A DNA stretch of 64,000 bases from an uncultured SAR116 cluster alpha proteobacterium. Lineage in GTDB: Bacteria > Pseudomonadota > Alphaproteobacteria > Puniceispirillales > Marisalimonadaceae. Below the pieces are notes generated by a model, which was not told where the DNA came from, did not search any database, and worked only from the letters and a program-made list of their open reading frames with translations. Made by a program: the position numbers and the translations under genes. Positions 49,267 through 59,915 of this stretch are shown in pieces; positions within the stretch are counted from its first letter, which is position 1, and every line of letters begins with the position of its first letter. The DNA is taken from the NCBI GenBank assembly GCA_902583415.1, contig CACHVW010000001.1, forward strand, positions 1,118 to 65,117, read 5' to 3'.

Positions 49267-52200
49267 TTAGGCTATATCCTTTATTTTATTTGCTTGTTCT
49301 AAATCAACAGAAACTAGTCTACTTATGCCTTTTTGTTCCATTGTAACACCAAAAAGCCTATTCATTTTAGCCATAGTCAATCTGTGGTGTGTCACAACTA
49401 AAAAATAGGTTTCTGTTTCATCTACTATTTTATCTAATAAGTTACAGAATCTGCTAACATTACTATCATCCAAAGCAGCATCAACCTCATCTAAAATACA
49501 TATTGGAGCAGGATTGCATAAGAAAACAGAAAATATGAGAGATATGGCTGTTAAAGCTTGTTCTCCACCTGACAACAAGGAAAGTAATTGCATTTTTTTT
49601 CCAGGTGGACTTGCTAATATTTCCAACCCAGCTTTAAGAGGATCATCATCTCCAACTAATTTTAATTCAGCGTCTCCACCTCCAAAAAGCTCTTTAAAAA
49701 GATTCTTAAAGTTTTTATTTACGAGCTCAAAACTATCTTTAAGACGTTGTCTGCCTTCTTTATTTAATTCAAAAATTCCACTTTTTAGTTTTTCAATTGC
49801 TAGTTCTAAGTCAACTCTTTCCTTAGACATCAATTCAATTTTTTGTCTCATTTCGTTCATTTCTTCTTCAGCACGTAAATTTACAGCGCCTAATGATTCT
49901 CTTTCATTTAATAATCTTTGAACTGTTTTTTCTAAAGTTTCGATTGATGTATTTAATTCTTCGTTGTCACTTAAATTAACAATTTCTTTTAGTTGCTTCG
50001 AGTTTACCCTGAGTTTCTCATAAACTCTATCCTCGATATTTTCTATTTTTGTGCTAGCTAGATTAAGTGCGGCTTCTACTTTTATCATATCTTCTCGAAA
50101 AGATGCTAAATTTTGTTCTGACGATTTTTCTAATTTTTCTGCTTCATTAAGTAATGTTTCCGTTTGTACTAACTTATCTGAAGCAAGGTTTCTTTTTTGT
50201 TCAGCTGTTTCAATCTTGATATTTAATTCATTAGCTTTTTCCACAAAATTATCTGGTAGCTTCTCAAGTCTTGATTTATCTTCTTTCAAGTTATCTAGTC
50301 TTTCTTTTAAAGATTTAATTCTTGTTTCTGCTTCGTCCTTTCTATTTTCCCAATCATTTTTTTGATTGTTAATTTGCATTAGATTTCTTTGTTGATAACT
50401 TTCCTGATTTCTAATTTGTTGCTCTGCAGCCATTGCATCTGTCAATTCGTTTCTACATTGATCAGCTGTATTTCTGATTTTTAATTCATCTGCTAGTAAG
50501 GTTGGCAAGTTTAGTGATTTTTTAGATAGTGTTTCTAATTCTGCTAATTCTTTTTGAGATGTATCTAAAATATTTTGATGTTCTTTTAATAAGATATTAC
50601 TTGAATTTATCTTTGAATCTAAACTTGAAATTGATAATTTTGTGTCATTTAATTCATTATTCAGTAAGTTTATTTTAGATTCTATTTCCTTCGATGTTCC
50701 AAAAAATTTCTTTAATTCTAACTCATTTTGATTAATTTCATTAACAATTATAACTTCTTCTTTTTCTTTAGATGGTAATTCATCTTGTAAATTTCTTAAT
50801 TTTGTAATTTGTTGCAATCTTTCTGAATAACTATTTTGAACACCTAAAGGTTGAACATATCCATCCCATCTCCACAAGCCTCCTTTTAAAGTTGTCAAAG
50901 CCTGGCCAAAAGATAATTCTTTTTGAAGTTTAAGAGCAGTTTTTTCATTTTCTACTATCCCTATACCGATTAATGCAATATCTAGAATTGAATTCTTTTT
51001 AATTTTTGAGATTATAGGAGTAGCACCTTTGGGTAACTTTTCTTCAAATTTAGCTGTAATTTCTTTCCAATAAGAAACGTTCTGTTCGTCTGAATTTTCT
51101 AATTTTACAGGAGCTAATATTGTTTCACCTAGTACCGATCCAATTGCATCTTGAAGGTTCCCTATATCATCTATTGTTGCTTCTAGAGTGTTGTTTTTGA
51201 ATTCATCATATCCTAATATCGAAGATAAAGAATGTAAATCAGCTCTCATTACATTGAGATCATAATCTATTTTACCCTTCTTTTCTTTTAGGTTTATATT
51301 TAAATTCTCTTTAGTTTCAAATTGTTTTTTTATTAGTTCTAGCTTGTTGATTTCTTCTTTAATTAACTTTTCAATATTAACCCTTTTCTTGTTGTGCTCA
51401 TCGATTAACTTTTTATCTTTAGTAATATTGAACTGTGATTTTTGATCTTCTGAATTTTTTATTTTTTCTTTTAAATTATTAATACGATTTTCCAGATCTG
51501 ATTTGTCAGATTTTATTGAAAAAATTTCGGAATTAATAGATGAAAGTTTTGCATCTGCATCTTCAGATTTTATTTTAAGTTCATTTACTTTTTTTGAAGC
51601 ATCATTTTTCTTAGTTGTGAAATCTTTTGTATCTAATTGTAGCTTGTCTTTTTCTAAAAGAAGATTTGTAATTGTTTTATTTGCATCGTCTTTTATTTCA
51701 ATTTCTCTTTTAATATCAGTTTCTATTTGTGTTATTTGGTTTAGAACATTATTCAACGTAAATTTTGAAGTTGCTTCTTCTTCTTCTAATCTTATTTTTG
51801 AAATATTTAATGATTGTAAAATAGCAGCTTTTTCTGTTTCAATTTTTCTTAGCTCAGGTAGCTTATTAAAAATTTCCAGCTTTGATTTTGTGTTTTTAGA
51901 TAAGTTTATTTGAGCTTCTTCAACGTTATTTTTTGATTTCTCAAATTTTGTTTCTAGTTCATCAAATTCTTTTTCAGCGGTATTTAGTAATGACAAGAAA
52001 AGCGAAGCTTCTGCTTTTCTTAATCTATCTCCTACTGACCTGTAACGAGCCGCTTTTCTACCTTGTTTTTCTAATTCAATTAGTTGTTCATTGTATGTAT
52101 TCTCAATATCTAACAACCTACTTAAGTTATCAGTAGCTCCGTTTAATTTTAATTCCGCTTCATGTCTCCTATTATGTAACCCTTTAATGTTTGCGGCTTC

Positions 52201-52695
52201 TTCAAGAATTATTCTTCTATCTTCAAGACTGTACTCAATTATTTGTGAAATCCTTCCCTGACTTACAATTCCTGATGATCGAGCTCCAGTAGCGGTATCT
52301 GCAAAAATTAATTGTACATCTCTCGCTCTAACTTGTTTAGAATTAACCCTGTAAGTCGAACCTTTATCTCGTTCAATTTTTCTTGAAATTTCAATTTCAT
52401 CAAATTGATTAAAATTAGCAGGAGCTTTTTTTTCAGTATTATCTAATTTAATTGTAACTTCTGCAAAATTTCTTGCTGGACGTTCATTTGATCCAGAAAA
52501 AATTACATCATCCATACCTTCGCCACGCATTTGTCTTGCTGAGTTTTCACCCATTACCCATTTAATAGCTTCTACAATGTTTGATTTGCCACAGCCATTT
52601 GGACCTACTATCCCAGTTAGACCTTCATTAAGGTCTATTTCTATTGGCTCTAAAAAAGATTTAAATCCAGAAATTCTTATCGATTTGAATTTCAT
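49267..52695 (-). CDS. smc: Chromosome segregation protein SMC
   Basis: GFKSF, GPNGCGKSN, long coiled coils, hinge G.LWRWDG, LSGGE, LDEVD. Confidence 0.97.
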   Translation of the reverse strand: MKFKSIRISGFKSFLEPIEIDLNEGLTGIVGPNGCGKSNIVEAIKWVMGENSARQMRGEGMDDVIFSGSNERPARNFAEVTIKLDNTEKKAPANFNQFDEIEISRKIERDKGSTYRVNSKQVRARDVQLIFADTATGARSSGIVSQGRISQIIEYSLEDRRIILEEAANIKGLHNRRHEAELKLNGATDNLSRLLDIENTYNEQLIELEKQGRKAARYRSVGDRLRKAEASLFLSLLNTAEKEFDELETKFEKSKNNVEEAQINLSKNTKSKLEIFNKLPELRKIETEKAAILQSLNISKIRLEEEEATSKFTLNNVLNQITQIETDIKREIEIKDDANKTITNLLLEKDKLQLDTKDFTTKKNDASKKVNELKIKSEDADAKLSSINSEIFSIKSDKSDLENRINNLKEKIKNSEDQKSQFNITKDKKLIDEHNKKRVNIEKLIKEEINKLELIKKQFETKENLNINLKEKKGKIDYDLNVMRADLHSLSSILGYDEFKNNTLEATIDDIGNLQDAIGSVLGETILAPVKLENSDEQNVSYWKEITAKFEEKLPKGATPIISKIKKNSILDIALIGIGIVENEKTALKLQKELSFGQALTTLKGGLWRWDGYVQPLGVQNSYSERLQQITKLRNLQDELPSKEKEEVIIVNEINQNELELKKFFGTSKEIESKINLLNNELNDTKLSISSLDSKINSSNILLKEHQNILDTSQKELAELETLSKKSLNLPTLLADELKIRNTADQCRNELTDAMAAEQQIRNQESYQQRNLMQINNQKNDWENRKDEAETRIKSLKERLDNLKEDKSRLEKLPDNFVEKANELNIKIETAEQKRNLASDKLVQTETLLNEAEKLEKSSEQNLASFREDMIKVEAALNLASTKIENIEDRVYEKLRVNSKQLKEIVNLSDNEELNTSIETLEKTVQRLLNERESLGAVNLRAEEEMNEMRQKIELMSKERVDLELAIEKLKSGIFELNKEGRQRLKDSFELVNKNFKNLFKELFGGGDAELKLVGDDDPLKAGLEILASPPGKKMQLLSLLSGGEQALTAISLIFSVFLCNPAPICILDEVDAALDDSNVSRFCNLLDKIVDETETYFLVVTHHRLTMAKMNRLFGVTMEQKGISRLVSVDLEQANKIKDIA

Positions 52696-52713
52696 TTGTT
52701 TTCCAATTTTACC

Positions 52714-53340
52714 TTAAGACTTTTTTGCGTTAATTGACTTCAAAAGTTCTTTTTCAAAGTCTTTGAAAGATAGAGCTCCAGAAATTTTATATTTATCATT
52801 CACAATGAAAGTTGGAGTGGAGTTTATATCAAAGTTTTTAGACTCTTCCTCCATTTTTGTAACAATTTCCTGCATAAGAGGAATGTTTTGAGAAATATCA
52901 TTAAATTTTTTTGATGATATACCAAATAATTTTGCGATTGATTGTAATTCATTCAAAGGATTTTTTGAATATGCCCATTGTTTCTGCTTTTTTAATAAAA
53001 TGCTAACAGCTTCTATATATCCATCCTTTGTTGGTATTGATCTAGCTAATGTAGCGGCTATAACAGCAAGTCTGTCAAGAGGGTAATCAATAAATTCTAA
53101 TTGAACTTTACCCGTATCAATGTATTTTTTTTTGAGTTGAGGTAATGTTTTCATATGAAAGTTAGAACAGTGACCACAGGTTAATGAAAAGAATTCTTTT
53201 ATTTTAATGGGTGCATTATTAGAACCCAAAAATTGTTTTCGCATCAACTCGTTTAATGAGGTTTGATTTGAAAAACTTTTTTTTGAAAATAAGAAAAAAG
53301 CACCAATACCTAGTAAAAATTTTCTTCTATTTAAAAACAT
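52714..53340 (-). CDS. DsbA-family thiol:disulfide oxidoreductase with Tat-like leader
   Basis: SLTCGHC, YIDTGKV, cis-Pro STPTF; N-terminal NRRKFLL. Confidence 0.88.
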   Translation of the reverse strand: MFLNRRKFLLGIGAFFLFSKKSFSNQTSLNELMRKQFLGSNNAPIKIKEFFSLTCGHCSNFHMKTLPQLKKKYIDTGKVQLEFIDYPLDRLAVIAATLARSIPTKDGYIEAVSILLKKQKQWAYSKNPLNELQSIAKLFGISSKKFNDISQNIPLMQEIVTKMEEESKNFDINSTPTFIVNDKYKISGALSFKDFEKELLKSINAKKS

Positions 53341-53438
53341 ATTTTTCCCCAAATTTTTTTGCTCATTTAAAATTTAAAATAATAATAATCTTATATACTA
53401 AGATTAATGTACAAAGAACAAGATTTTATAAAATGCAA

Positions 53439-53876
53439 CTATTTTTTTCTAGAAATCTCAAATTCTTGCATTGCTAATTTCAGTTCACTGTCCGGAAGTA
53501 TATTAGACTCCAAATTTTCTAGAGTATTTTCCAAAGTACGTTTAATAGGTTCTTTTTTAATTTCAAAGTTGTTCTGAATGTCAGCTTGAATAATTTTTAT
53601 TTTTGATATTGCTTTAAACCCGAATCGAGCATTAATTTGATCCAATAGAAGTGGAATTGCGTATTGAACTTCAAGTCCGAAGCCATTTTGGACTTTGATT
53701 GTTATTTGGCCATCGATATTTTTTTTTCTACTAAATTTTATTTTATGTGGAATTGTTATATCTGCATATTGACCTGCAATATGTGCCCAATTGAAAAATA
53801 TATGATTTTGAATAAATCCTAATCTACTCAGATTTTTCTCAACAATATTTTCTGTGATTTTTAATAAAGACTTCAT
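53439..53876 (-). CDS. dciA: DciA/DUF721 family protein
   Basis: W..IAG...P.KI.F, E.Q.....L...IN..FG...I..IKI.Q pattern; usual mutY-DUF721-dsbA-smc order. Confidence 0.75.
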   Translation of the reverse strand: MKSLLKITENIVEKNLSRLGFIQNHIFFNWAHIAGQYADITIPHKIKFSRKKNIDGQITIKVQNGFGLEVQYAIPLLLDQINARFGFKAISKIKIIQADIQNNFEIKKEPIKRTLENTLENLESNILPDSELKLAMQEFEISRKK

Positions 53877-53932
53877 ATGTTAACAATTATTTTAAATTAA
53901 ATTTTTTTGATTTTATTATATAATAAAATTCT

Positions 53933-55048
53933 ATGACACAGTTAAAAAAAAATAATTACAATACTTTTTCTAATTCATTGTTATCTTGGTACGACTTTAA
54001 TAGAAGAATTTTACCTTGGAGAGCGCCACCAGGTGAGATTTCAAATCCTTATTTTGTTTATTTATCAGAAATTATGTTGCAACAAACTGTAGTAAAAACA
54101 GTAATACCATATTTTTTAAAGTTTGTTAGAAAATGGCCTAATATTAATGCCCTCGCAAAAGCAGAATTACATGAGATTAATTCATATTGGGCAGGACTTG
54201 GCTATTATAGTAGAGCTAAAAATTTGCATGAAACAGCAAAAATAATTTCTAATAAATATGATGGATTTTTCCCTACAGATAAAAATTCTTTAATGGCCCT
54301 TCCTGGAATAGGCGAATATACATCATCAGCCATTATGGCTATAGCATTTGATAGAAAATCAAATGTTATAGATGGAAATGTTGAAAGAGTTTTTTCAAGA
54401 TTTTATGCGGTTGAAAAACCCATAAAGGAATCAAAGATTTTTATAAAAAACATTGCTGAAAAACACCTTCCTGATAACAGGCATGGAGATTATGCACAAG
54501 CCTTAATGGATTTAGGTTCATTAATTTGCATTCCTAAGTCACCAAGATGTAAAATGTGTCCTTTATTAGCTATTTGTGACGTCGGTGGCACAGCTAGTGC
54601 TAAGCAATATCCAATAAAACTTCCAAAAAAAGAAAAAGAAGAGCGGTATGGATTATTCTTCTATTTACAGAATAGAGATGGTGCTGTTTTGTTTAAAACC
54701 AATAAGAGTGACGGACTTTTAGCCAACATGGATGTGTTGCCCTCGATAGGCTGGTATGAAGAAAGTAATAGATTTAAAAAATCTCCAAAATTTAATAAAA
54801 AAAGACCTAACTTTTTAGGTATGAAATGGAAGATATTAGATCAGAATTTAAATCACATTTTCACTCATTTCAAACTTAATTGCTCTGTGGCAATTGCTAC
54901 AATAAATGATGAAAATGCATTGATTAATGACTTAAGCAAAAGCTCTTACAGATTTGTACAAAAAACAAATATAAATGATTTAGCTCTCCCAAGTTTAATT
55001 AAAAAAATTTTGAATGCTTTAAAAAATAATGAGATTCTTGATTTTTAA
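53933..55048 (+). CDS. mutY: A/G-specific adenine glycosylase
   Basis: RILPWR, SEIMLQQT, WAGLGYYSRA, HhH LPGIG, DGNV.RV, Fe-S motif Cx6Cx2Cx5C, HIFTHF. Confidence 0.96.
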   Translation: MTQLKKNNYNTFSNSLLSWYDFNRRILPWRAPPGEISNPYFVYLSEIMLQQTVVKTVIPYFLKFVRKWPNINALAKAELHEINSYWAGLGYYSRAKNLHETAKIISNKYDGFFPTDKNSLMALPGIGEYTSSAIMAIAFDRKSNVIDGNVERVFSRFYAVEKPIKESKIFIKNIAEKHLPDNRHGDYAQALMDLGSLICIPKSPRCKMCPLLAICDVGGTASAKQYPIKLPKKEKEERYGLFFYLQNRDGAVLFKTNKSDGLLANMDVLPSIGWYEESNRFKKSPKFNKKRPNFLGMKWKILDQNLNHIFTHFKLNCSVAIATINDENALINDLSKSSYRFVQKTNINDLALPSLIKKILNALKNNEILDF

Positions 55049-56655
55049 TGCTTAAAATGTCTAATTGATGTAAAAATCATCGCAATATTTCTTTCATCAG
55101 CTGCTTCAATCACCTCTTTGTCACGAATAGATCCACCTGGCTGAATAACAGCTGTTACACCTGCGTTTGCTGCAGCAATCAAACCATCAGCAAACGGAAA
55201 AAAAGCATCACTAGCTACAACGGATTTATAAGCCATTGACGTTTCCAATTTAGCTAAATTGGACGCCTTTTTTGCTTTTTCGTTAGCTATTGAAGTGGAG
55301 TCAATTCTACTCATTTGACCTGCTCCAATACCTACAGTTTGTAAATTTTTTGCATAAACAATAGCATTTGATTTTGTATGTTTTGCAACTTTCCATGCAA
55401 ACAACAAATCATCAATTTCTTTATTTGTTGGTTTCCTTTTTGTTACTATTTTAATGTTGTCACTTTTTAAAACTTTATAGTCACGCGATTGCACTAACAT
55501 CCCACCAGAAATAGATTTAAATAATAAACCTGTATCGTCTGGTGATGCTAGTGAACTAGTTGTCAATATTCTAACATTAGGCTTGTCAGCAAAAATCTCT
55601 AAAGCTTTTCTGTCAACACTGGGAGCAATAATGACTTCTAAAAAAAGTGACTTCATTTTGAGAGCTAAATCTTTTGTTAATTCTCTATTTATAGATACTA
55701 TGCCACCAAAAGCACTTACAGGGTCAGTTTGAAGTGCCTTTTCCCAAGCAGAATTAAGATCATCGTTTTCTGCTACTCCGCAAGGATTGGCATGTTTAAT
55801 TATGGCAACAGCAGGTTTTTTGAATTCACAGATTAGCTCAAATGCAGCGTCCCCGTCATTTACATTATTATAAGAAAGTTCTTTACCTTGAAGTTTTTTA
55901 CTATTTGTAATTCCTTTTCTTTTATCAGATGTTTTATAAAGTGCTGCTTTTTGATGTGGGTTTTCACCGTATCGCATTTCATATGACTTATTTAAATTAA
56001 TTGACAAATTTTCAGGAAAAGTTGATGAGATAATCTCTTTATCTTCTAACCAATCTGAAATGGCTTTATCGTATTCGTTAGTTAATCTAAATGCCTTTGC
56101 GGCAAGATATTTTCTGTATGAGTACTTAATTTTTCCATTGTTATCAATTTGTGAAATAAATTCTGGATAGTCATTGGGATCTGTAACAACTGTTACAAAT
56201 TCATGATTTTTTGCTCCAGCTCTAATCATTGCTGGTCCGCCAATATCAATATTTTCTATTATATCTCTGTTTTTAGATGTTTTTTGTAACGTCTCTCTAA
56301 ATTTATATAAATTAATAATCAATAGATTTATTTCGTAAATATCATGTTTCTGAATTTGTTCTAAGTGTGAAGGATCGTCTCTTCTAAAAAGAATACCACC
56401 ATGTATTTTAGGATTTAAGGTTTTAACTCTTCCATCTAAAATTTCAGGAAAGTTTGTTTGATCTGATACTTCTTTTACAGGAATAGAATTTTGTTTTAGA
56501 TATTTAGCAGTTCCTCCTGTAGAGAGAATTTCTATTTTATTTTTCACTAAAACTTTAGCTATTTTTTCAAGATCACATTTATCTGTTACTGAAATTAGAG
56601 CTCTCTTGATTTTGATATCTTTTGTAGAAAAATATTCTTTATTGTTATTTATCAT
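55045..56655 (-). CDS. purH: AICAR transformylase/IMP cyclohydrolase
   Basis: RALISV.DK, GRVKTL, IDIGGP, RYGENPHQ, KHANPCG, GAGQMSR, SDAFFPF. Confidence 0.98.
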   Translation of the reverse strand: MINNNKEYFSTKDIKIKRALISVTDKCDLEKIAKVLVKNKIEILSTGGTAKYLKQNSIPVKEVSDQTNFPEILDGRVKTLNPKIHGGILFRRDDPSHLEQIQKHDIYEINLLIINLYKFRETLQKTSKNRDIIENIDIGGPAMIRAGAKNHEFVTVVTDPNDYPEFISQIDNNGKIKYSYRKYLAAKAFRLTNEYDKAISDWLEDKEIISSTFPENLSINLNKSYEMRYGENPHQKAALYKTSDKRKGITNSKKLQGKELSYNNVNDGDAAFELICEFKKPAVAIIKHANPCGVAENDDLNSAWEKALQTDPVSAFGGIVSINRELTKDLALKMKSLFLEVIIAPSVDRKALEIFADKPNVRILTTSSLASPDDTGLLFKSISGGMLVQSRDYKVLKSDNIKIVTKRKPTNKEIDDLLFAWKVAKHTKSNAIVYAKNLQTVGIGAGQMSRIDSTSIANEKAKKASNLAKLETSMAYKSVVASDAFFPFADGLIAAANAGVTAVIQPGGSIRDKEVIEAADERNIAMIFTSIRHFKH

Positions 56656-56725
56656 TTATTAACTTTTTTATTTTAGTTTGATAGTTTTCAAATAATTTCT
56701 TTTCATGGGATGTGTCAACCTAAAA

Positions 56726-58270
56726 TTATTTTTGTAGTTCAAATGCCCAATTACATGAAATACTTTTATAAGCTCTTATTTTTTCTAAGTTCAAAATAAT
56801 ACTAAGCTCTTTACATGGTTTTGGACCATTGGGGGTAAACATTACCGAGTCTTCTAAGTTTATATTCTTAACATTAGTGCTCATTTTCCAGACAAAACCC
56901 TTTTTATGATTTAATAATACTGAACCATTTCTAGTTTTAATCAGTTTAATGCCTGGAAATAAATGAAAACGAATATATGCGTTTTTGGGAATTGAACCAA
57001 TATTGCCAATATTTAAAATTTCATCTCTTCCTCTAATTTCATTTTTCTTATTAGAAAGGTAAATTTGTCTTTTGTGGTGAACGCCAAAAATTGTTTCATA
57101 CCCTGAATGAGTTACATCTAATAAATTACCATCTTTAGTTTTACCAAATTGGATATTTGATATTCTTGTAATTCTTCTCCAAGTAAGATCTATATTATTT
57201 CTATCATCTATATTTAGACTAGAATGAGCCGCTGTAGAAGAAAGAGAATTTTTCATATTTTTATATTTTGAGTTATTAAATTCTCCAAGGTTAGAAATTA
57301 TCTTTTCTTTTTTATAAAAAAATTCAAAACCAAATAAGCTAGCTTTTTTATTATGAATCGTTTTTTTGTTTAGTCCTATATCCACGAATAAAACAGAATT
57401 CATATTTGATAACCTGCAAAATCCAGTTTCTTCAGCAATGCTAAAAATTCTATTTTTATATCCAATCCTATTTAAAGTTTGATGTATAATTTCTTTTGGT
57501 ATTAAGGAACCCCCATGAAACCATGAAAAATATTCATCAGGCATTTGAAAACTTCTACAAAATTCTCCCATTTTTATTGTTTTTTGATGTAACCCTTCAG
57601 CATCTACGTTTTTTAAAATCGCAATTATAGATCTTATCTCAATTAAATGCCTTAATAATTTTAATTGCTTAACAGGACTTCTACTTATGTGGCCACCATC
57701 AGTATTAGTCAAGATTTCAAGTTTTTCATTAATAATAGTTAATAATTGATTAATATTATCTATCGTTTCGTATAAAATAGACCTAGATACTAAAATCCCT
57801 TTGATAATAATTATCTTTTCAAGGTTATCTTTTGATTGATCGAGTTTTAATTCAAGAAATTTAGATTGTAAGGCAATAGAATTTAAAATTTTTTTTTGAA
57901 AATCTAATCCACCACTCTCTACGAACCAAGAATAATTAAAACACCAACATGAAATTCTTTCTGCCATTACTACAGAATTATATTCATGAGATCGGAGGTT
58001 ATGATCTTCGTTGATCCAGTTTTCCACTAATAAGCGAGCAGTCGACCTTGCTTTTATGCTCCCCTCAGATTTTAAATCTCTTATGAAATTGAATTTATTA
58101 AAATCACGAATAGTTTTTGTATTAACGGGGTTAATTAATATTTTTTTTCCACTTTTAGTTGAGCCTTGCCAGCTATCAGTCAGTCTTCTTACTGGTGTTT
58201 TAGGAATTGTCACTTTAAGTTTTTGTTTTAGAAAATAATTATTTGTAATTATATCTATTAATTTAAGCAT
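56726..58270 (-). CDS. Heparinase II/III family protein
   Basis: DGGHISRSP, F.GG, STAAHSSL, HxGY, H.R, RFHL.P; usual rsmB-heparinase-purH order. Confidence 0.78.
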   Translation of the reverse strand: MLKLIDIITNNYFLKQKLKVTIPKTPVRRLTDSWQGSTKSGKKILINPVNTKTIRDFNKFNFIRDLKSEGSIKARSTARLLVENWINEDHNLRSHEYNSVVMAERISCWCFNYSWFVESGGLDFQKKILNSIALQSKFLELKLDQSKDNLEKIIIIKGILVSRSILYETIDNINQLLTIINEKLEILTNTDGGHISRSPVKQLKLLRHLIEIRSIIAILKNVDAEGLHQKTIKMGEFCRSFQMPDEYFSWFHGGSLIPKEIIHQTLNRIGYKNRIFSIAEETGFCRLSNMNSVLFVDIGLNKKTIHNKKASLFGFEFFYKKEKIISNLGEFNNSKYKNMKNSLSSTAAHSSLNIDDRNNIDLTWRRITRISNIQFGKTKDGNLLDVTHSGYETIFGVHHKRQIYLSNKKNEIRGRDEILNIGNIGSIPKNAYIRFHLFPGIKLIKTRNGSVLLNHKKGFVWKMSTNVKNINLEDSVMFTPNGPKPCKELSIILNLEKIRAYKSISCNWAFELQK

Positions 58271-58274
58271 TAAA

Positions 58275-59651
58275 TTATTTTTCCTTCTTCAATAATGCTA
58301 TAAAAAATCCGTCAGATCCATTACTAACATTTTCAAAATTAAAATTAAAATGATTTGGCAGTATCCTAATAAATCCTTCTTTAGTAATGCTGTTATTTAT
58401 TTGAGGATAATCTCCAGAGTTAAAAGAAACTATTGAAAACTGTTTATGACTTTTTAAAAAATCTTCTATTCTTCTTTCTCCTTCAATTTTTTGAAGAGAG
58501 CAAGTCACATACATCATGAGACCATTTTTCTTTAGGATTTTTGCTGAATTTTCTAAAATTCTATTTTGTATTGAGACAAAGTTATCTAAATTATCTGGAG
58601 CATTTCTTATAAAAATATCAGGATTTTTTCTGATTGTACCAGTTCCTGAACATGGTGCATCTATCAAAATAACATCAGCCTTATATTCTGGATTAAAATC
58701 CTCTGCATTTATATTAATTAAATTTGGATTAAAATTTAGTCGCGCCATGTTTTTTTTTAAAATTCTGGATCTAGCCTTATTTTTTTCAATACACTGTATG
58801 ACCAAATCATTGTCCAATAGTTGAGCAGTTTTACCTCCAGGGGCACAACACATTTCAATTATTTTAAGAGATTGTATTGGTTTAAAAAAATTTTTTTTTA
58901 TTTTTGATAATAATATATTGCAGGGTATTTGAGAGGCTGCGTCCTGTATCCACCATATGCCATCTCTAAATCTTGGTAGATCTTCTACATTACCATTAAA
59001 TGAGCATCTGAGGACATTAGGAAATATTTCTTCACCATTTAAATCTGATTTAATTATTTCTTTTTCTTTTTTAGTTATTTTTGTTGATATAACAATATCA
59101 AGTGGAGGAGGGTCCATAGCTAATTTAACAATATCATCCACATTTTTTTTCCCGTATGAGGATGTCCAACTATTATAAAGCCATCCTGGTAAGTTAGACG
59201 CTTCGTTTGAAATAATATTAGAAAATTCTTCTTTATTTTGAATAATTTTCCTAAGAATTGCATTTACTAACCTAGATTGCTTCTCATTAATAAATAATTT
59301 TGCTTGGGAAACGGCTTCATTTATAACTGCATAAGGTGCCATTTCTAGCCAAATTAGTTGAACTGTTGCAATCAGTAAAATACTATTTAAATATCTGTTT
59401 CTTGGATTTATACCTTGTTTTGCGTATTTAGTATAAATTTTTTGTGCTTGTTTGTGTCTTCTTATAGATGAATTAATCAGAAGATATACAAAGGATTTGT
59501 CTCTTTTGTCTAATTTATTAAAATCAAAAGATTTATTTATGGTTTTTTCAAAGTTTTTGTTTTTATAAAAAATTAAAATCCAAATTTCTAAAACAATTAA
59601 CCTCGTATTTTTTGCTAATTTTTGAAATTTAAGTGATTTTTTTTTAATCAA
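58275..59651 (-). CDS. rsmB: RsmB/Sun RNA m5C methyltransferase with NusB-like N-terminal domain
   Basis: VNAILR, WWIQDAAS, CAPGGKT, DAPCSGTGT.R.NPD, TCSL...EGE. Confidence 0.92.
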   Translation of the reverse strand: MIKKKSLKFQKLAKNTRLIVLEIWILIFYKNKNFEKTINKSFDFNKLDKRDKSFVYLLINSSIRRHKQAQKIYTKYAKQGINPRNRYLNSILLIATVQLIWLEMAPYAVINEAVSQAKLFINEKQSRLVNAILRKIIQNKEEFSNIISNEASNLPGWLYNSWTSSYGKKNVDDIVKLAMDPPPLDIVISTKITKKEKEIIKSDLNGEEIFPNVLRCSFNGNVEDLPRFRDGIWWIQDAASQIPCNILLSKIKKNFFKPIQSLKIIEMCCAPGGKTAQLLDNDLVIQCIEKNKARSRILKKNMARLNFNPNLININAEDFNPEYKADVILIDAPCSGTGTIRKNPDIFIRNAPDNLDNFVSIQNRILENSAKILKKNGLMMYVTCSLQKIEGERRIEDFLKSHKQFSIVSFNSGDYPQINNSITKEGFIRILPNHFNFNFENVSNGSDGFFIALLKKEK

Positions 59652-59731
59652 AACTACTACCTTGCATTTATAACAAAAATTAATAGTATACTGTTGATTT
59701 ACAAAATGTAACTTATTGAAAGTAAATTATA

Positions 59732-59896
59732 ATGAGCAATAAAACTACAAAATTAAATAAACAAAAAGAAAAAAATAATACAAAAGATAAATTAAAAGAA
59801 AATGTAATGCTTCCTAAAGAGCAGGGTGGGCCAAAAGGTCCAGAACCTACAAGATATGGAGATTGGGAAAAAGGTGGCAGGTGTTCGGATTTTTAA
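59732..59896 (+). CDS. DUF1674 / succinate dehydrogenase assembly factor 4 (SDHAF4/Sdh8-like), 54 aa, absent from the ORF track
   Basis: Translated by hand; C-terminus EQGGPKGPEPTRYGDWEKGGRCSDF is the family signature. Confidence 0.93.
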   Translation: MSNKTTKLNKQKEKNNTKDKLKENVMLPKEQGGPKGPEPTRYGDWEKGGRCSDF

Positions 59897-59915
59897 TTTT
59901 AAATATTAAAACAAC

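Noticed and set aside
56656-56725. ZMP/ZTP riboswitch upstream of purH
   Set aside because: The gap is only 70 nt, AT-rich and unstructured; it has a TTGACA -35 element (56713-56718, minus strand) with a weak -10.
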